A stretch of DNA of 64,000 nt, taken from Podarcis pityusensis (lineage: Eukaryota). Of this stretch, positions 63,581-64,000 are shown in pieces (position 1 is the first letter of the stretch; the number at the start of each line of letters is the position of its first letter). The translations under genes were made by a program, and so were the position numbers. The DNA is taken from assembly GCA_964106645.2 (NCBI GenBank), contig OZ067041.1; one strand, given 5' to 3'. The notes beneath the pieces are model-generated. The model made no database searches. It was not told the origin of the DNA and saw only the letters and a list, made by a program, of their open reading frames with translations.

Positions 63581-64000
63581 GCTTAGATTGGGTTGCCAGG
63601 TTGCATGACTCAGCTGAGTGGGCTTAGGATCCAGCCTAAGTTCTACCTTTCTGGTCCTTACCCTATGATGCCCACAAAACACCCATTTTTCAGGGCTTAG
63701 GTCAACCAAAGAGCTGTCAAGCTGTTCTGAGCGGGGATGGGGAGATACGCTGGTATATCTCTGGTTGTGCCAAGGATGTTAAGCCAGCGCACCTGGGAGT
63801 ACCCAGGCTCATCCAGAGATCTGCTGGATCCTAACCCTGCTCATACTGATGGATCTTGCTATAGGACTGCTTCCTTAAAGCTTCTGCCAGGCTTAGGCCT
63901 ACAGGGTCAGTGGTAGCCACCCTCCTAAATTTATGCAGGGCTTAGTTTACACCAGATTCTTGTCTATAGGATTGCTCTCTGTTTTTCCAAGGCTTTACCT

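Larger units (their letters stand above)
11081..64000 (-). other. CLYBL: CLYBL intron 1 (partial, >52 kb)
   Basis: Ends in a poly-T/TACAG acceptor. No convincing exon 1 found. Intron 1 is very long in human. Confidence 0.7.

Overview
This is vertebrate nuclear DNA, almost certainly from a squamate. Sauria (Squam1/POM-type) SINEs with ACCTTT tails and a Squam3-like SINE with a CTT tail point to a lacertid lizard (inference). The only host protein-coding sequence I can support is one 190-nt exon of CLYBL (citramalyl-CoA lyase, exon 2 equivalent) on the minus strand at 10891-11080. The rest is inferred to be CLYBL intron: intron 2 to the left and a very long intron 1 to the right. I did not find exons 1 or 3. 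The introns are dense with mobile elements: six Sauria SINEs, L2 and L1 3' fragments, a decayed Tigger/pogo transposase, Tigger- and Tc2-type MITEs, many hAT MITEs with 8-bp TSDs, and a probable solo LTR. Between them are repeat-free blocks rich in developmental TF motifs. These are candidate conserved enhancers, because in human CLYBL lies next to ZIC5/ZIC2. The most interesting observations are: (1) a 1.5-kb Tc2-type element that seems to carry captured promoter- and enhancer-like host DNA; (2) a composite hAT MITE + L2-tail unit present three times with the same junction; (3) a sense-oriented solo LTR with a recursive-splice-like CAG|GTGAG site followed by AATAAA; (4) long near-perfect hairpins inside a MITE. 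Repeat family names come from recalled motifs, not database searches. There is no CRISPR, rRNA or prokaryotic system here.
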